Origin: Bacteroidetes bacterium SW_4_67_19
GTDB lineage: Bacteria; Bacteroidota; Rhodothermia; Rhodothermales; Salinibacteraceae
Direction: 5' to 3'
DNA length: 47,251 bases
NCBI GenBank assembly: GCA_003023275.1
Contig: PXTX01000057.1
Coordinates: 1-47,251, forward strand
A program made the translations under genes and the position numbers. Positions 45,546-47,251 of this stretch are shown here, in pieces; the stretch's first letter is position 1; each line of letters opens with the position of its first letter. The notes beneath the pieces were generated by a model that worked only from the letters and a program-made list of their open reading frames with translations, ran no database searches and was not told the DNA's origin.

Positions 45546-46388
45546 ATGGAAGCTTCTTCGCCCCTCGACACCTGGACGACCGCGCACGACCTTTCGCTCG
45601 TCTACATCGCGCTGGCCTACGGCACCGATAAGGACCTGGCCGACGCCGAGCTCGACGTCATCGTCGAGCGGCTGAGCCGGTGGAATCCGCCCGAGGCGGC
45701 GCTCGAAGAAGGGGGGCAGGACGTGCAGGAGGTCATCATGGAGGCGGCGGCGATCTACCTCGAAGAAGACGCCGACCACGAGATCGCCGGCTCCGTCGAG
45801 ACGCTCGGGCAGACGCTCGCCGAAGAAGACCGCCGCCACGCGCTCGAAGACGCCCTGCGCATCGCCGAGGCCGACGGCGTCCTGCTCTCCAGCGAGCAAA
45901 ACCTGCTCTCGGCGCTGGCCGAGGCCTGGCACCTGCGCACGACGGGGCGCCAGCTCATCGAGGAATCCTCCGTCGAGGTCGAGGCCGTCGACACTGCCTG
46001 GAGCTTCCTGCACGATCTGGGGCTCGTCTACGTCATCCTCGCCCACAGCACCGACTCGGCGCTGAGCGATGCGGAACTCTCCGCCGTCCTCGGGCGCTTG
46101 CAGGACTGGCACGAAGAAGTCACCGAGGACGACGCGCGCGAAGTGTTGCGCGAGGTGCTCACCTTCTACGGCGAGCAGCCCAGTGAAGAAGCGCTCGAAG
46201 CGTCGGTGCGCTCCATCAAGGAGGCGCTCCCGCCCGCCCAGCGCCTCGTCGCCCTCGACGACCTGATGACCATCGCTGACATCGAGGGCGACCGTAGCGG
46301 CAACAAGCGCGAGATGATCGAGGGCCTGGCCGACGCTTGGGGCGTGCCGGTGCGCATGGGAGCGGCCCCGCAGGACGGCGAAGCGTGA
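45546..46388 (+). CDS. tandem TerB-like (tellurite-resistance TerB / DjlA-N-like) domain protein
   Basis: 280 aa from ATG 45546 with two homologous halves: TAHDLSLVYIALAYGTDKDLADAELDVIVERLSRW.. and AWSFLHDLGLVYVILAHSTDSALSDAELSAVLGRLQDW... Each half ends with an acidic helical segment (LRIAEADGVL / MTIADIEGD). Confidence 0.65.
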   Translation: MEASSPLDTWTTAHDLSLVYIALAYGTDKDLADAELDVIVERLSRWNPPEAALEEGGQDVQEVIMEAAAIYLEEDADHEIAGSVETLGQTLAEEDRRHALEDALRIAEADGVLLSSEQNLLSALAEAWHLRTTGRQLIEESSVEVEAVDTAWSFLHDLGLVYVILAHSTDSALSDAELSAVLGRLQDWHEEVTEDDAREVLREVLTFYGEQPSEEALEASVRSIKEALPPAQRLVALDDLMTIADIEGDRSGNKREMIEGLADAWGVPVRMGAAPQDGEA

Positions 46389-46550
46389 TGCGTGTCGCGT
46401 AAAACGTGATTCGTGATGCGTAAAACGTGATTCGATGACAGTAGGCCGACTCGTTTGCGTCTGGAAGCTACTGGGAAAGCCGGTCGGCAACGGTCAACCT
46501 GCCGTTTCGTTCTTGACCGTTCCGGAAGTCAACCTCACGCATCACGAATC
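46385..46550. repeat. GTGATGCGT-family inverted repeat with an internal 17-bp tandem repeat
   Basis: gcgtaaaacgtgattcg occurs at 46397-46413 and again at 46418-46434. The left-arm word gattcgtgatgcgta (46408-46422) is complementary to ctcacgcatcacgaatc (46534-46550). Its ends resemble those of the element at 14129-14279 (GTGATTCG..ATGACAG on the left, AACCTCACG on the right). Confidence 0.8.
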
Positions 46551-46563
46551 GGCACTACGCTCC

Positions 46564-47232
46564 ATGCGTCGCGCACATCTGCTCGGGGTGGCGGCAGCGG
46601 CGGCGGTCTTATTGCTGCCGACGTTTGCTCTGCTTCCGCATCGGGCCTGCGCGCAGAGCGGCGGCGGCTCTGCTTCGCAAGGTCAGAATCGGCAGGTCCG
46701 CGTGCTGATGCGGGCGCACGAGCAGGCGCAACGCAGTCACCTGTGGCGCGTGGCCGCCTGGGGTGGGGCCAACCTCGCGGTAGGGGTAGCGCTGATGGGG
46801 GCGTCCCGGCGTTCGTCGCATCCAGCGCGCTTCGGATACGGGCTGCAGAGCGGCATCTGGGGCGCGGTGAATCTCGGCATCGTGGGCGTGGGGCTTTCCG
46901 GCGGCGGCCCCGGCGCCGCGACGGGCGCACTCGCTCCGGCGCTCGACGCAGTGCGCGGCTACCACGACATTCTCCTGCTCAACATGGGCCTCAATGTGGC
47001 CTACACGGGCGTGGGCGCGGCGCTCCTGGCCGCCGGCTACCGCGACGTCGAAAGCGCTGCCTCGTGGCGCGGGCACGGCGCGGCGCTGATCGTGCAGGGC
47101 CTCGGCTTGCTCGCCCTCGACGGAATGGCCCTCTGGGGGGCGCGCGGACGCCTCGCCGAACTGGTCGACCTGGCGGGGCGGGCGACCCTGTCGATGGGGC
47201 CGACCGGCGCGCGGCTCGTGCTGGCGCTCTGA
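46564..47232 (+). CDS. hypothetical integral membrane protein
   Basis: From ATG 46564: signal or TM segment (LLGVAAAAAVLLLPTFALL) followed by 4-5 Gly/Ala-rich hydrophobic segments. No family recognised. Confidence 0.55.
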   Translation: MRRAHLLGVAAAAAVLLLPTFALLPHRACAQSGGGSASQGQNRQVRVLMRAHEQAQRSHLWRVAAWGGANLAVGVALMGASRRSSHPARFGYGLQSGIWGAVNLGIVGVGLSGGGPGAATGALAPALDAVRGYHDILLLNMGLNVAYTGVGAALLAAGYRDVESAASWRGHGAALIVQGLGLLALDGMALWGARGRLAELVDLAGRATLSMGPTGARLVLAL

Positions 47233-47251
47233 AGCCGCCGCGCTGAGGCGG

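Overview
High-GC (about 65% by eye) bacterial chromosomal segment. It is most consistent with a Salinibacter-like extreme halophile of Rhodothermia/Bacteroidota: D/E-rich proteins, no Shine-Dalgarno motifs before start codons, and a T9SS C-terminal sorting domain. Layout: (1) 1-12.8 kb holds tRNA-Trp, secE, nusG, rplK, rplA, rplJ, rplL, rpoB and rpoC. (2) 12.9-18.4 kb holds a tail-anchored hypothetical protein and a TetR / acyl-CoA synthetase / membrane EEP-family hydrolase / CDP-alcohol phosphatidyltransferase cluster. (3) 18.5-31.8 kb is a carbohydrate locus: galK, an SSS symporter, xylA, xylB, an SGNH hydrolase, a clan GH-A glycosidase, a secreted RraA-like protein and a T9SS-secreted PQQ-type dehydrogenase-like protein. 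(4) 31.9-36.6 kb holds a GyrB/ParE-family topoisomerase gene surrounded by toxin-antitoxin and nuclease genes: MNT nucleotidyltransferase with a HEPN stub, antitoxin plus PIN, DUF2726, DUF4126. (5) 36.7-44.0 kb holds a LytS/LytTR two-component pair divergent from an MFP-RND efflux pair. (6) 44.0-47.2 kb holds an antitoxin with a ParE-like toxin stub, tRNA-Lys, a thioredoxin-like protein, a tandem TerB-like protein and a membrane protein. No IS element, integrase, CRISPR array or rRNA was seen, and I did not recognise a complete novel multi-gene system. Four things stand out. First, nearly every intergenic spacer is built as a G/T-rich word repeat followed by its C/A-rich reverse complement, including a dispersed GTGATGCGT/ACGCATCAC family. 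Second, several conserved genes carry internal deletions or frameshifts: nusG (now read in frame into rplK), xylA, the RraA-like gene, the galK N-terminus, DUF2726 and two toxin genes. Third, a perfect 24-bp direct repeat of the topoisomerase PGMYIGG-coding core brackets the MNT cassette. Fourth, a 20-bp-phased direct repeat lies between the LytTR system and the efflux operon. All calls come from reading the sequence and ORF translations by eye. No searches or computations were run.
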